Of a stretch of 64,000 nucleotides of DNA, positions 50,421-64,000 are shown in pieces. Position 1 is the stretch's first letter. Each line of letters opens with the position of its first letter. The DNA comes from Eledone cirrhosa (taxonomy: Eukaryota). Under the pieces are notes generated by a model. That model did not search any database, was not told the DNA's origin, and was given only the letters and a program-made list of their open reading frames with translations. The stretch is taken from contig CAXHJY010001498.1 in assembly GCA_964016885.1 (NCBI GenBank), positions 1 through 64,000 of the forward strand, written 5' to 3'. The position numbers were made by a program, and so were the translations under genes.

Positions 50421-50656
50421 CATACACGCACGTACGTAGGAATTTTCACACATACACACACACACACTTACACACACACACTATACAACGACACACACAT
50501 GCCACCACAGGCAACTCCCCGTTTGTGTCACCAATTTAAACTCGTTGCCTCCTACACTTGCCTGTCACTCATGTATGGCACACTCCATTTACTGCCGATT
50601 GGATTACGTCACCTCGTTAACAGCTTCTAAAGCTTTCTACATACACACACACATAT

Positions 50657-50690
<34 letters not shown>

Positions 50691-50826
50691 GCACGCGCAC
50701 ATACATATATATATATACTTGTGTATATATATATATATATACATATAGATATATACATGTGTGCGTGTTTGTGTGTGACGGTTTGTGATGAGAGAGTGTG
50801 ATTGAGAATGCGAGAATGAATGAGTG

Positions 50827-50950
<124 letters not shown>

Positions 50951-51266
50951 TGTGTGTGTGTGTGAGTGTGTGTGTATGTGTGAAAGTGTAAATGATGTGT
51001 GTTAATCCCCTTGGAATCTTAATCTGTTAATATTCCTTCTAAACCCATCCCATTTCCAACAATTTCACTTCGGTGGACTTCTTGACCTCTGACATTTTAA
51101 GACATACCATTCCACACACACACACACACATACATATACATACACACACACACAAATATACACACACGCATACACACACACACTCACACAGAGACACAGA
51201 GAGAGAAAGAATGTACACAAATCACTCTACACTCACTCAGATTACGTGAATCAAAACACTACTAGC

Positions 51267-51297
<31 letters not shown>

Positions 51298-51322
51298 ATG
51301 TTTGTGTTTGTGTATATATATA

Positions 51323-51385
<63 letters not shown>

Positions 51386-51387
<2 letters not shown>

Positions 51388-51870
51388 AGGGAGTGTAACC
51401 CGTAGTTACTGTAGGTTCACCCAGGAGAGTACGAGATGTTTAGGTTCACATCAGTATCGAGGTGTACAGCTAAACAGAGTCTAATATAATATTACAAGGA
51501 CGAATATTTCTTGGTTGGTGACGCGCGTTTCGCTACAGATCAGCTCAAGGTTCGATCTGTATTGATCAGGCCCGACTCTGGAATCAAAAGCTCGTCGGAC
51601 CTCTGTACAAGTAATGAGAGAATATATATGTAAGTGAATCCTGGGTTCAAACGTGTGTAAGGTACTCAATACATTAGTAGAGTGTAAGCATCGTGTTTAA
51701 TATAGAAGTGGCTTCTACAGAACTAGAACAGTTTCATTCAAAGATAAATCACTAGGAAAGTGATTTCTTTTAAATGGCGCAAATCCATCGGAGCATTTCA
51801 TTCCAGAGTTGGGGCCGATCGATACAGGCCGAGCCTTGAGCTGATCAATCGCGAAACGTGCGTCACACCC
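51386..51870. mobile_element. Family G element (51386-51610 minus; diverged inverted copy 51785-51870) with a degenerate family A copy (51636-51760) between them
   Basis: Minus: ggt-CCGACGA-gct...agc-GAAA-cgcgcg-TC-acc; family A remnant gtaaggtactcaatacatt...gcttctacagaactagaacagtttcattc. Confidence 0.65.
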
Positions 51871-51894
51871 CAATAAATGTAATGAAGATCTAAC

Positions 51895-52025
51895 AACTCA
51901 TCCGGGTTGATTTCATCCTTACGGGGGGGGGTCGATAAATAAAGTACGATCAATACTTAGCAAAACTTATTGGGATTATTGCCTCGTGCCAAAACTGGAA
52001 ACAATTATTATTATTATTATTATTA
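51895..52025 (+). mobile_element. OK-like SINE 3' portion, diverged
   Basis: ttcatccttacggggggggtcgataaataaagtac...gcctcgtgccaaaactggaaacaattatt. Confidence 0.75.
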
Positions 52026-52086
52026 CATATATATATAGGCAGATTTCGGTTGAAATGGCAAGAGCTCAGCCGTCGGGCCTCGACGC

Positions 52087-52124
<38 letters not shown>

Positions 52125-52249
52125 GTTATACGCATACATGACAACAAGGCCATGTATTGAGGTGGACATAAGTTTCTTTGTCTTGCAATGACTAACAAAC
52201 TGGTTTTGAAGCAATCAGCTAAAAAGATGAAGTGATACACTAATCTCTC

Positions 52250-53090
<841 letters not shown>

Positions 53091-53206
53091 TACGCTCACA
53101 CAGGTTTATACACACCCTCCACATTATATACATGTATACACATGAAGCAAACACAAAGAGTTACTTCACATTACACACCGAACTATATGCACTACACGCG
53201 CAAATA

Positions 53207-53249
<43 letters not shown>

Positions 53250-53733
53250 TACTCACACATATACACTCACGCCACACATACGTATACACTTCTATATACA
53301 CACACACCTATACACAAACATCTTCATATATATATATATACTACTCACTCATGCGTATGCATAGAATCACACCTATACACTCACAACACACATACGTATA
53401 CACTTATATACATTTATATATATACACACATATACATATATACACAGATTTCTGCATACACACACAGAGACACACGTATATACACATACATACAAGCAAA
53501 CACCAAAAACAACATAAAGACAACTCAATAACAAAGAAGCAACATTGTATTGGAAGCATTAGAAAGGAAAGCGTTTACCTAGAAAGGGCGGGAATTTGGG
53601 GGCGGAGATCTAAAGGGCGTTCCTGTATAAGGGGAGACAATGCAAGAAAAATAATCTATTACAGAGAACTAGATCCGGTATTGAGGAAAGTGAAGACAAA
53701 ATTGTTAAATAATTGAAAAGTTGTGGACAGGCG

Positions 53734-53815
<82 letters not shown>

Positions 53816-54182
53816 ATTTCAATAGTAAGCATATATATAATTAATAGAAAGCACAAACATATATATATATATATGCAAAAGCAAAATTTGTTATATTAGA
53901 TATATATATATATATAATAGTAAGCTCGAACATATACGTATGCTTTCGTAAGCATGTATATATACGTATATATATATATATATAATAGTAAGTGTATATA
54001 TATATATAAGACCAAACAGCTACAATATAACAATGGCTATTGATATTTTAGCTGTTGCGACTGGTTACTAAGACACGTCTATATATATACATAATATACG
54101 CATGCTCAGTTTACATAACATGGTGTATAGTCCAGCGTATAATTCCATAACGAATTATGTATGAGACCTCCTATACATATAT

Positions 54183-54229
<47 letters not shown>

Positions 54230-54277
54230 AATATATATATATAATATATATATATAATATATATAATGTATATATAT

Positions 54278-54308
<31 letters not shown>

Positions 54309-54632
54309 TGTATAACCGTTCGATAAAATGGCGTTGTTTGATATTTAGATCACTCTCTGAATACAGATTATTCCTCGATGTATTCAAATATGTATAACCC
54401 CTGTGTACAAGTCTACAGTTCTATGTCTTTGCTTATCTACACAAATATGTATATAAGTTTGTATACGTGCGGTAGTGTGTGGTAGTGAATTCAATACACG
54501 CTTAAATAAGAGAGAGTGAGAGGGGGAGAGAGAGAGAGAGAGGGGAAGAGAGAGTGAGAGAGAGAGAGAGAGAGAGAAATAAACACAAAGTTAGATAAAT
54601 GGATAATGATAGATAGATAGATAGATAGATAT

Positions 54633-54666
<34 letters not shown>

Positions 54667-54668
54667 GG

Positions 54669-55170
54669 ATTTCTTTCTTTGCCACAAGGGCGCAAAAAGA
54701 TGGGGACAAATACAAATACATACATATAGTGAGGAGTTTACATACAGGCGTGTAAAGAAAACAAATTTATAACAATAATATTAAATTTAACAATCGAAAT
54801 CCCCAATAGGGGGGAGGCGTTACACATGGGTTGTATGTACACACCCCGAAAAAATGTACAACCCTCATCTACAGGAGCACGAAGAGTGAGCGCTCCCTTC
54901 CTCTCTTTCCTCACCCTACAGGTTTATATAGTGAGAAGGCCCAACCACTCGGGCCATCGTTGCCACATTCACCCACCTTTCGTAAACACTTGCTGGGGTG
55001 CAGCGCATCTCTCTCCACTCTGATTCTTCTTCTGAAATGATATTTGAAGAAGCGAACCAGTTGTTCGCCGGAGACAAAGGTGTCTGACCGCAGCCCTTTC
55101 AGCCTCGTCCACCATATAGCCTCTTTCACCACAGCCATTACACAGAGGAAAACCGCCTCTCCTTCGTTTT

Positions 55171-55171
<1 letters not shown>
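54669..55171 (-). mobile_element. 5'-truncated Tx1/L1-clade LINE end inside (GATA)n
   Basis: NEGEAVFLCVMAVVKEAIWWTRLKG.RSDTF.SGEQL.RFFKYHF is homologous to the 33908 ORF; (GATA)n on both sides. Confidence 0.85.
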
Positions 55172-55236
<65 letters not shown>

Positions 55237-55339
55237 CAGACACGAGTGATTGTGTGTGATATCGTTTGCGTGTCCAATAATTATTTGTTTGTATTTAAGC
55301 TTACTGACTAATCAAAGTGGATTTATTGGGATTAATATG

Positions 55340-56540
55340 ACAACGATAACATCAAGAGTAACAACAACAACAACAACAACGAGGGTAGCAAAAAGGAAAA
55401 CAACGACACGAACCAAAATGATGACAAGATCAATGGCACCAATGGAAACAATGACAGCATCAACGATAGCAACAACACCAACAGCACCAACGATAGCAAC
55501 AACATCACAAACGATAGCAACAACAACAACACCAACGATAACAACAGCAGCACCAACGATAGCAGCAACAACAACACCAACGATAGCAACAACAACACCA
55601 ACGATAACAACAACACCAACCATAACAACAACACCAACGATAACAATAACAACAACACCAACGATAACAACAACAACAACAACACCAACGATAACAACAA
55701 CATCACCAACGATAGCAACAACAACACCAACGATAACAATAACAACAGCACCAACGATAACAATAACAACAACACCAACGATAGCAACAACAACAACAAC
55801 ACAAACGATAGGAACAACAACAAGTACAACACCAACAACACCAACAACACAAACGATAGGAACAACAACAAGTACAACAACACCAACAACACCAACAACA
55901 CAAACGATAGGAACAACAACAACAACAAGTACAGCACCAACAACAACAACACCAACAACACCAACATGTACAACACCAACAACACCAACACGTACAACAC
56001 CAGCAATAGTAATATTAGCAATAACAACGAAAAATACTTTAGCCAAAACGAAAACGACCATCCTGCTGCTGTTGTTGTTGTTGTTGTTGTTATTATTATT
56101 AGTAGCGGTGATCCTCTTGCTATTGTTATTGTTGGTGTTGATGATGGTGGTGGTGGTGTGGTGTTAGTTTTGATGGTCGTGTTGATGGTGGTGGTGGTAG
56201 TGACGGGGGGGAGGAGTAGTGGTGTTGGTGGTGTAGTGGTGTTAGTGTTGATGGTAGTGTTGATGGTGGTGGTGGTAGTGACGGGGGGGGTAGTGGTAGT
56301 GGTGTTAGTGTCGGTGGTGGTGTTGGTAGTGGCGGTGGTGTTGGTAGTAGCGGTAGTGGTCGTAGTGATAGTGGTAGTGGCGGCGGTGGTGGTGATGTTA
56401 GTGATAGTGGCGGTGGTGATAGTGGTTGGTGGATGGTGGCGGTGGTGATAGTGGCGGCGGTGGTGGTAGTGGAGGTGGTGGTGGTGGTGGTGGCGGCGGT
56501 GGCCGTGGTGATGTTAGTGGCAGCGGCGGTGGTGGAATGG
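55340..56540. repeat. (ACA/ACC)n-derived then (GGT)n-derived trinucleotide tracts
   Basis: Direct inspection. Confidence 0.9.
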
Positions 56541-57413
56541 CCTCATTACACCCATTTCATCCTTCTTATGGTCATTATCGTTATCAATAATGTCGACCAT
56601 ATTATATAGTTCCAGTATTGCTCCACTTACTGTAAAGGTTACAAACCAAAGTTGACCTCGACAGGATTTGAACTCACATCACAAAAACATTTCATGAGAT
56701 GTTGAGACGTTTATCTTTAATAAAGTTCCTACTTAACACATTAGCGACATAAATAGTTAACTGAAAATGGCGCCGATCTGAAACCGAAACCTTTGCGCTA
56801 GATAACACTAATATTATCTTGTAAACTTTATTGTTTTATTTCAGCTATATGATATCCTAATATTATCGGTGTGGTTATAAAGATACTCTTATCATCAATT
56901 AAAATATTCTTTATCTGTCTTTCGTAATTCGGAACAAAGAAATGTCTTTACGGTAAGGACACACGAGATGTTGTGAACAGTATACCGTTCTCACGTTACA
57001 AAATATATTTTCGTTTCCGTTGAACTCTGCTCATAATTGTTATCGCTGCGTCGTAATAAAAATGGCGTTATTAGTGGACTCGCCTTCTGTCTGTCTCTCT
57101 GTCTGTCTGTCCATCTATCAGTCTATCTATCTCTTCTATTCAATCTCTCTCTCTTTCTCTCTCGCTATCTTTAAATGTCAATCGTTCGTCGCTGTAATTT
57201 TCGCCATAATAGTTCCTTATCTCTAGTAGTTTTTTTTTTTTTTTTTTGTTTGCTTTACTTTTGTTTTTCTTCTTCCAACAAAAACTTTATTAATAAATAA
57301 CAGAATTGTTTTCAAGAAAAACTGGAGTTGGGAATGATGTTTGTCTATAAAGTTTATATTAAATTATATAGCAAAATAAATGAATGTATAAGGCCACGAA
57401 ATATACACACGCC

Positions 57414-57469
<56 letters not shown>

Positions 57470-57556
57470 CTGTGTGTTTAGAATGTGGCGAGCGAAGAAT
57501 TGAAATAAAAAGAGTCAATTTTATGGCGAAACTGCTATTTCTATTTCAAATCTAAT

Positions 57557-57591
<35 letters not shown>

Positions 57592-57719
57592 TGTGTGTAT
57601 AAAAGTCAAGACCCTAGAAATCATTCGCTTAACGAGAGGGGTGAGGGGCAAATGGGACCGAGGAAACAATGTTTCCATTAGTCTTTCTAATTGCTAATGC
57701 TATCTATTGATCGCAACTC

Positions 57720-57842
57720 CAGGCAGAAGGAGTAACGTGAAATAAAGTGACTTGCTCAAGAACATAACGCATCACCCAGTCCGGGAATCGAACTCACGAC
57801 CTCACGATTGCGAATCCAATTCTCTAACCACTTAGCCACTTC
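57720..57842 (-). mobile_element. OR1/OR2-like SINE head and core
   Basis: aacgtgaaataaagtgacttgctcaagaacataacgc...gggaatcgaactcacgacc...ctaaccacttagccac (A/B boxes on minus). Confidence 0.8.
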
Positions 57843-58120
57843 CCATTCCTTCTATGCTCGCCTTCATAATCACCATCATCATCATCATCATCATCAATCA
57901 TTTATACCAATCTTATTATCCTCGTCATCCTCATTATGAACATCTTGTCGCCATCTTGACATGACATCCCTCCCACGACATGATGAGTTCCTTGTTAGCC
58001 AGTACTAACAAGGGGACTACACAGAGATAAACTTTACTCCACCGCTGTATAGTGATACGCCCCCATATATACACATATACATACACACAAATATATATAT
58101 ATATAGATATATATTCACAC

Positions 58121-58165
<45 letters not shown>

Positions 58166-59049
58166 TACACATATATATATATATATATACTTACACACAA
58201 ATATATATATACACATATACATACACTTATACATACATACATATATATATACATATTCATACACACACATATACATACAAACACATATACATACATATAC
58301 ATACACATATACATACACACACATATATATATAAACACATTCATACACACACATATACATACATATATATACACATATTCATACACACACATATATATAC
58401 ACATATCCATACACACACATATATTCATCTACATACATATATACATACATATATATATACACATATTCATACACACACATGTACATACATATATATATAC
58501 ACATATTCATACACATATACATACATATATATACACATTCATACACACATATAGATACACTTATACATACATATATATATATACACATATTCATACACAC
58601 ATATAGATGCACTTATACATACATATATATATATACACATATCCATACACACATATAGATACACTTATATATACACATATCCATACACACACATATATTC
58701 ATCTACATACACACACCCTCATGCACTTCCATCTCATGTCACCATATCTGATAACCGAAGCATCTCACTCGTATCAATTAAACGACTCTTTCTCATCCCC
58801 CTCCTCACCCTCTTCCTCCTCTACCCTCCACCCCACCCCCACTTATCTTCTAACCCCCCACCCCACCCTCCTCCTCTTCCCACACCCCATCTCCTCTGCT
58901 CTTCATGTTGCTACTCCTTCCAAAACAAGTAGAAAACGGTGGCAAGATTCTCAGAAAACTTGGAGTTAAAATATTTGTTTCTGATTTCGGCACAAGGGCA
59001 ACAATTTTTGAGGAAGGAGAAAGTCGATTAAATCTACCCCAGTGTGTTA

Positions 59050-59444
59050 AACCAAACCCCAGAAATCAGCACCTGCTGGAGCAACATGGCCCCCATCAAC
59101 ACATCAAATTCATGTTGATGTTAGGATGGAAGAGCAGCCAAATAATTGACATTCTGGAGCAAGTTTATGGAGACATTAACCCCAAGAATTCAACAAACTA
59201 CAAACGGATAAGTCGTTTTAGAAGTGGAAGAGATGAGGTTGAAGATGTAAAAAAAGGCTGCTTTGACATTGTTTAAATCGCATGGCCCCCAGTTTTTGAC
59301 ACAGATGAACTTAAAAGCTGGTATCAAAGCTTGGAGACGTGCATTGACCTTGATGGAGCATATGTTGAACAAAAAAAACATCATCACTTAAACCATTTTT
59401 TTTCCAACTCTCCTTTTTCCAAGAACATTTTGAATTACCTTTGT
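59050..59444 (+). mobile_element. Internally deleted mariner transposon (N-terminal HTH joined to transposase C-terminus)
   Basis: HIKFMLMLGWKSSQIIDILEQVYGD..PK.ST.YK.ISRFRSGRDEVED then TCIDLDGAYVEQ; TIR-like end ttttgaattacctttgTA; preceded by an OK-SINE tail fragment (58972-59045). Confidence 0.85.
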
Positions 59445-60375
59445 ATACTGACTATTGTCAGGGTGTGTGTAGAGTTACACCCGCGTACTGGACCTAATCT
59501 AACACAATATTAAACATACATAGCATAAACTTTAGGCTATTTCTATACATAATACAGATTGCAAATTAGAAACGATATGAATTGACATGCATAAATAATG
59601 TGAATTTCTAATATTCTATAAATTGTATATATTGCAAACTAAAACAAGAATGTTATCTTTCGCATAAATTTTAAAAATTAATCGTTAACAGCCCTGCGGC
59701 TATCGACCTAAACCAAACCTTGTTTCTCTGTGTGTATTATTAGATTTGAAAAGGAATTAAGTCCCGATTATGTTGTAATACTGTAGTAACAGAATTGCTA
59801 TTATATAGAAAATCAATTTTTAGATAATGAATTTCCAACGAATTCATACATAAAATTTCTCACCAAGAAAATGTACACAGGGTGTTTGTTGGCATAAATT
59901 TGTTTACCCGTAGGTCCTTATATTTTCGTCTTTCTCTAATCTCTATCTCTTTCTTTCTCCTGCTTTCTTTCTCATCCTTTCCATCCCTTTATAAACCGGC
60001 GCTATCTTCCGCCCCAGTGCCATATCATTCATGATACAAATAGCTGTAGGGCTAAGCAGTGTTATCTCAAAACAACTGCCACGATGCTTCCTAGTAGGAA
60101 ATTGAAAAAAAATTTAAAAAACATTGGTCTCTCCGCCGCCTATATGGTCCGCCATTATATTTATGAGTGAAATGAAAACTTAGGACGATCTTTTTTGTCA
60201 CCGTAACGTTCACGTAGAATACATTGTGCTATTTGTACTTTATATATCACGTGCTATTTGTACTTTATATATCACGTGCTATTTGTACTTTATATATCGA
60301 CCCAAGAAATGAAGAATGACAAAGTAGTCCCCGGTATGTAATCCTATATCACAATTACCAATTCCCTTATATATA

Positions 60376-60474
60376 CAAGTACAATTCCGTTATAACGAAT
60401 ACCATTATAACGAATTTTTCAGTATTACGAATTTTTTCATACCCCGTGAATGTCGTTATAACGGAATTTGACTA
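60376..60474. mobile_element. pogo/Tigger-like MITE (~100 bp)
   Basis: TIRs aattccgttataacga / tcgttataacggaatt; internal ttataacgaat repeats; TA flanks. Confidence 0.7.
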
Positions 60475-60493
60475 TATATATACTGTATATATA

Positions 60494-60686
60494 ATCCGTG
60501 AGTTCCGAGTTCAATCGCAGGTAACCACAATAAGTAAGGTAATCAATACATTAGTAGAGCGTATACAACAAATTTCATATAGAAATAGCCCTTACAAGAT
60601 TAGAACTGTTTCATTCGAAGGAAATCACCAGGAAAGCCATCTGACATTGTGATAAAGTGCACTTCTAATCCTGCAGAAGCTATTTG
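60494..60686 (-). mobile_element. Degenerate hammerhead family A element
   Basis: ggtaaccacaataagtaaggtaatcaatacatt...; minus core CTGGTGA...GAAAcag...GTA. Confidence 0.7.
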
Positions 60687-60732
<46 letters not shown>

Positions 60733-60740
<8 letters not shown>

Positions 60741-61070
60741 GTGAGGTTTTTTTTTACAAAATGAAAAATAACCGAGGTGTCCTACACGAGTGAAAGTATA
60801 AAGAAAAAAAGATGAAATCGAAAATGCAACTAGAGTCTTATTATTTTTAAAATATATATATTTATTTGGTTCCTTTACCGGTTTCGCAGTTCTTCTGCTT
60901 TTCAAAAGTAGAGTTGAGATGGAGGGTCTGTGAGAAAAACTACAGACCCTCCATCTGAACTTTACTTTTGAAAAGCAGAACTGCGAAACCGGTAAAGGAA
61001 CCAAATAAATATATATATATTTTTTTAAATAAGACTCCAGTTGCATTTTCGATTTCATCTTTTTTCCTTA
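60733..61070. mobile_element. Hammerhead family D element with inverted arms
   Basis: 60805-60931 is approximately the reverse complement of 60942-61070; homolog 25605-25715. Confidence 0.85.
60965..60997 (+). ncRNA. Minimal hammerhead with U3-A8 core variant (mirror copy on minus at 60873-60908)
   Basis: ctt-TTGAAAA-gcag.aa.ctgc-GAAA-ccgg-TA-aag; the minus copy has a 5-nt loop II. Confidence 0.7.
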
Positions 61071-61095
61071 TATATATGTTATATATGACTTTTTC

Positions 61096-61190
<95 letters not shown>

Positions 61191-61255
61191 ATGTGACTGC
61201 CATGACTGAATTTTAACCATCTACATAGTCAAGGAATGTCAAGCATCATCTTATT

Positions 61256-61311
61256 TTATCTGATGAGGACGTACTGCTGAAGAAAGCTCAGTACCTCTGA
61301 AATATGTATAA
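61256..61311 (+). ncRNA. Hammerhead-like motif (family B-like)
   Basis: tta-t-CTGATGA (61260-61266)-gga.c.gtactg...cagtac.c.tct-GAAA (61299-61302)-tat-GTA-taa. Confidence 0.65.
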
Positions 61312-61469
61312 TAAAATATACTTGATCACACGAATGTCTATATTTGTTAATATTTTGAATTAATATTAATAACTCCGGAAAACCATTCTTGTCGCGTGCT
61401 TCTAATCTATTGTAAAACTTCATTCATTGATTTATTCATTGAACCTTGTTTAACCTTTAAATATATATG

Positions 61470-61516
<47 letters not shown>

Positions 61517-61537
61517 ATCATACACACCCGTGTATAT

Positions 61538-61596
<59 letters not shown>

Positions 61597-62584
61597 TGTG
61601 TGTGTGTGAGTGTTGTTTCGTATGTGTCTGTGTGCGCACGTGCTTATTTTATAATCGTTGATTCTACTTAAGTATACTAAACATGAACTTCATAAAGGAT
61701 TAATTATTGATTGAAGAGTTCCAACAATATATCTATTAATACAGATCTGGGGCGGGCGAGGGGAGCATTTGCAACCAGGTTGCCAGAATTATTAGGGCCT
61801 CGCGCCAAATGCTACCAGGCATCTAGTTAGGGTCCTTTCTTTAGGTTCTGAGTTGAAATCTCGCCGAGGCCAACTTTACCTTTTATCCTTCCCAGTTCAA
61901 TAAAATAAAATATCGATTAATAGCCTGGGGTTCAAGGGACCCCAGATTTTTAATAAGCTGCCAAAAAAATCTGAGAGCAGCAGCAACAAACTCCCTTTTG
62001 CATCAATGGCCAGCCAGGGAAAGCTGGCTATAGAAAGTGTAGCAACGGTGGTGGTGCCTTAGCATGGCCTCAGTCCCTCGAGTGACCTCTGGTCAAAAGC
62101 ATTCTAGCAGTGACTGAACCATGTTTTTTTTCTTTTTCACACAGAAAGCCAAACGGGCCACATGCTGCTTCCGGGCCGTAGTTTTCCCATGTCTGGTTTA
62201 GACCTACAATTTAATCGTTCGATGAATAATTATTAAAGAAATATACGCGAACTATCGTTCAATGACACTAAAGTAATTTGATTCAAAGTCATTATAAACG
62301 ATAATTTATGTGTTTTACTAAAACCACAATTCGAATAATTTACAACAGCTGTTCTGAACGACAGTTAATCAAGAGAAATTTAAATTAGCCAGCAACAGAA
62401 AAGTATTATTTTTAAATTGCATCGTTGATTATAGAGTAAAATGTTACGTGTGGATATTAGCTTTAGTTTTAAATGTCAAATAGTTAACGTTAACAAATTC
62501 TATACATATATATAGAGAGACAAAGCAGGCTTTGTTTATAAATCAGCGAACGAAGTTTGAATTAAGGTAGAATCATTTGCTTAC

Positions 62585-62720
62585 ACCGTATTTGACTAAA
62601 TAAAATTAGTCTGCTAGTGGGGATTTAAAGAACCCTCTCAATGGAAAAAAGATGAGTATTGACGAACATGGGAAGCGAACCCATATCTTTGGTTTGCCGG
62701 ACCGCTGTGTTACCATTACA
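62585..62720. mobile_element. Second, truncated copy of the tRNA-like module family
   Basis: Homologous to 10605-10755 (agtgggg...aagaaccctc...atggaaaaa.gatgagtattgacg.acatggga..cgaaccca.atctttgg). Confidence 0.75.
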
Positions 62721-62858
62721 AATTCTCTACAGTAAAAAATTACAAGGAACCTACTTAGAGGGAAAAATAATAGATGTATTCTTAGTGAGAAGAATTTATA
62801 TTAATGGGACCCAGGACGAAGTGCTTTGACCACTTATTTGCCCAACGATATGAATAAT

Positions 62859-63397
62859 ATTTGTTTCTACTTTAGGCACAAGGCCAGCAATTTGAAGGGG
62901 AGGGGAAAGTCGATTAAATCAACCCCAGTGCATTACTGGTACTTTATGTTATCGACCCCGTAAGGATGAAAGGCAAAGCTAACCTAATATGAATAATAAT
63001 GTGAAGAAAATAAAGATACAATAAAAATAATAATTGTTTCTACTTTTGGCACAAGGCCAGCAATCACCCAGTACATTACTGGTACTTTATTTTATCGACC
63101 CCTAAGGATGAAAGGCAAAGTTAACCTCGGCGGGATTTGAACTCAGAATGGCAAGGGCCGTAACTCTATCGATACTGCCAATCCACCGCCATGATAAAAA
63201 TAAAAATAATAATTGTTTCTACTTTTGGCACAAGGCCAGCAATCCACCAGTACATTACTGGTACTTTATTTTATCAACCCCGTAAGGATGAAAGGCAAAG
63301 TCAACCTCGGCGGGATTTGAACTCAGATCGTAAAGGGTCATAACTCTTTGCGTCAAAGAATGGCGTCCGAGCCTCTACTGATACTGCCAATCCACCG
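62859..63397 (-). mobile_element. Cluster of three OK-like SINEs
   Basis: 62859-62986 (5'-truncated, TSD atatgaataat), 63030-63192, 63208-63397. Confidence 0.9.
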
Positions 63398-63409
63398 AGT
63401 GCTTGAGAT

Positions 63410-63700
63410 ATTAAGGTGAGGAGTTCGATCCCCGAAAGTTGTGTCCTTGAGCAAGACACTTTATTTTACGATGCTCCAGTTCATGCAGCTGGTAAAAATG
63501 GTTAATACTTGTAAATCCAAGATCACGTTTTGTCACACACTGTACTACGTTGAATCTCCCCGAGAATTTTCGTGCGCGTTTGATTGATAACTGTAAATCC
63601 AAGATCACGTTTTGTCACACACTGTGTCATTTTGAATCACCCTGAGAATTACATTAAAACTACACGTGTTTATGGGATACTCAGCCCACATGAGCAGACC
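63410..63700 (+). mobile_element. OR1-like SINE with internal duplication
   Basis: B box gagttcgatccc; gtgtccttgagcaagacactttatttt...gctccagt; tgtaaatccaagatcacgttttgtcacacactgt x2. Confidence 0.8.
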
Positions 63701-64000
63701 GTTATGTTGCCCAAACGATGGGCACACTCGTCGTTTTGGGGATAACAAAAAAAAAGATAGACAGAGAGCGAGGGAGGGAGGACTGGTGAGGAAAGCGAGG
63801 GAGGGAACACTGATGAGGAAAGCGAGGGAGGGAACACTGATGAGGAAAGAAGAGAAATGATACTCTGTTAAGCCTATCATTACCTATATATCGTCTGGTG
63901 TTTACATGAGGGCGTTCATGCCTCACCTACTACCACCAGGAAGAAGGAGGGAGAGACAAGGAGATGGAGTGGGCTGCCTGGGTAGCTACTTTCTTCTTTT

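Noticed and set aside
63768-63850. 27-bp tandem repeat containing CTGATGA and GAAA
   Set aside because: No stem II or III can form (CTGATGAGGAAA is contiguous in purine-rich context); treated as a chance match.

Overview
Non-coding, repeat-saturated eukaryotic (metazoan) DNA, most likely an intron or intergenic region of an octopod cephalopod. The host is inferred from tRNA-headed SINEs resembling the Octopus OK and OR1/OR2 families and from the extreme (TA)n/(CA)n/(GATA)n load. I recognise no host protein-coding gene, and almost every ORF in the track is a microsatellite translation artefact. The recognisable content is more than 15 SINE copies, 5'-truncated RTE and Tx1/L1-clade LINE ends, an internally deleted mariner, two MITEs and many tandem repeats. 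The most interesting signal is a set of about 20 short elements (100-450 bp) from at least 7 sequence families. They sit in (TA)n tracts, often as head-to-head inverted duplications, and most families carry a minimal type I hammerhead ribozyme (CUGANGA...GAAA...NUH) or a remnant of one. They include U3-A8 covariant cores and palindromic stem-III loops, as expected for non-autonomous Penelope-like or retrozyme-type retroelements. Different families are strung into TA-spaced trains. One further family carries a tRNA-like cloverleaf and shows a circularly permuted, terminally redundant layout. All folds were derived by eye and none was computed.
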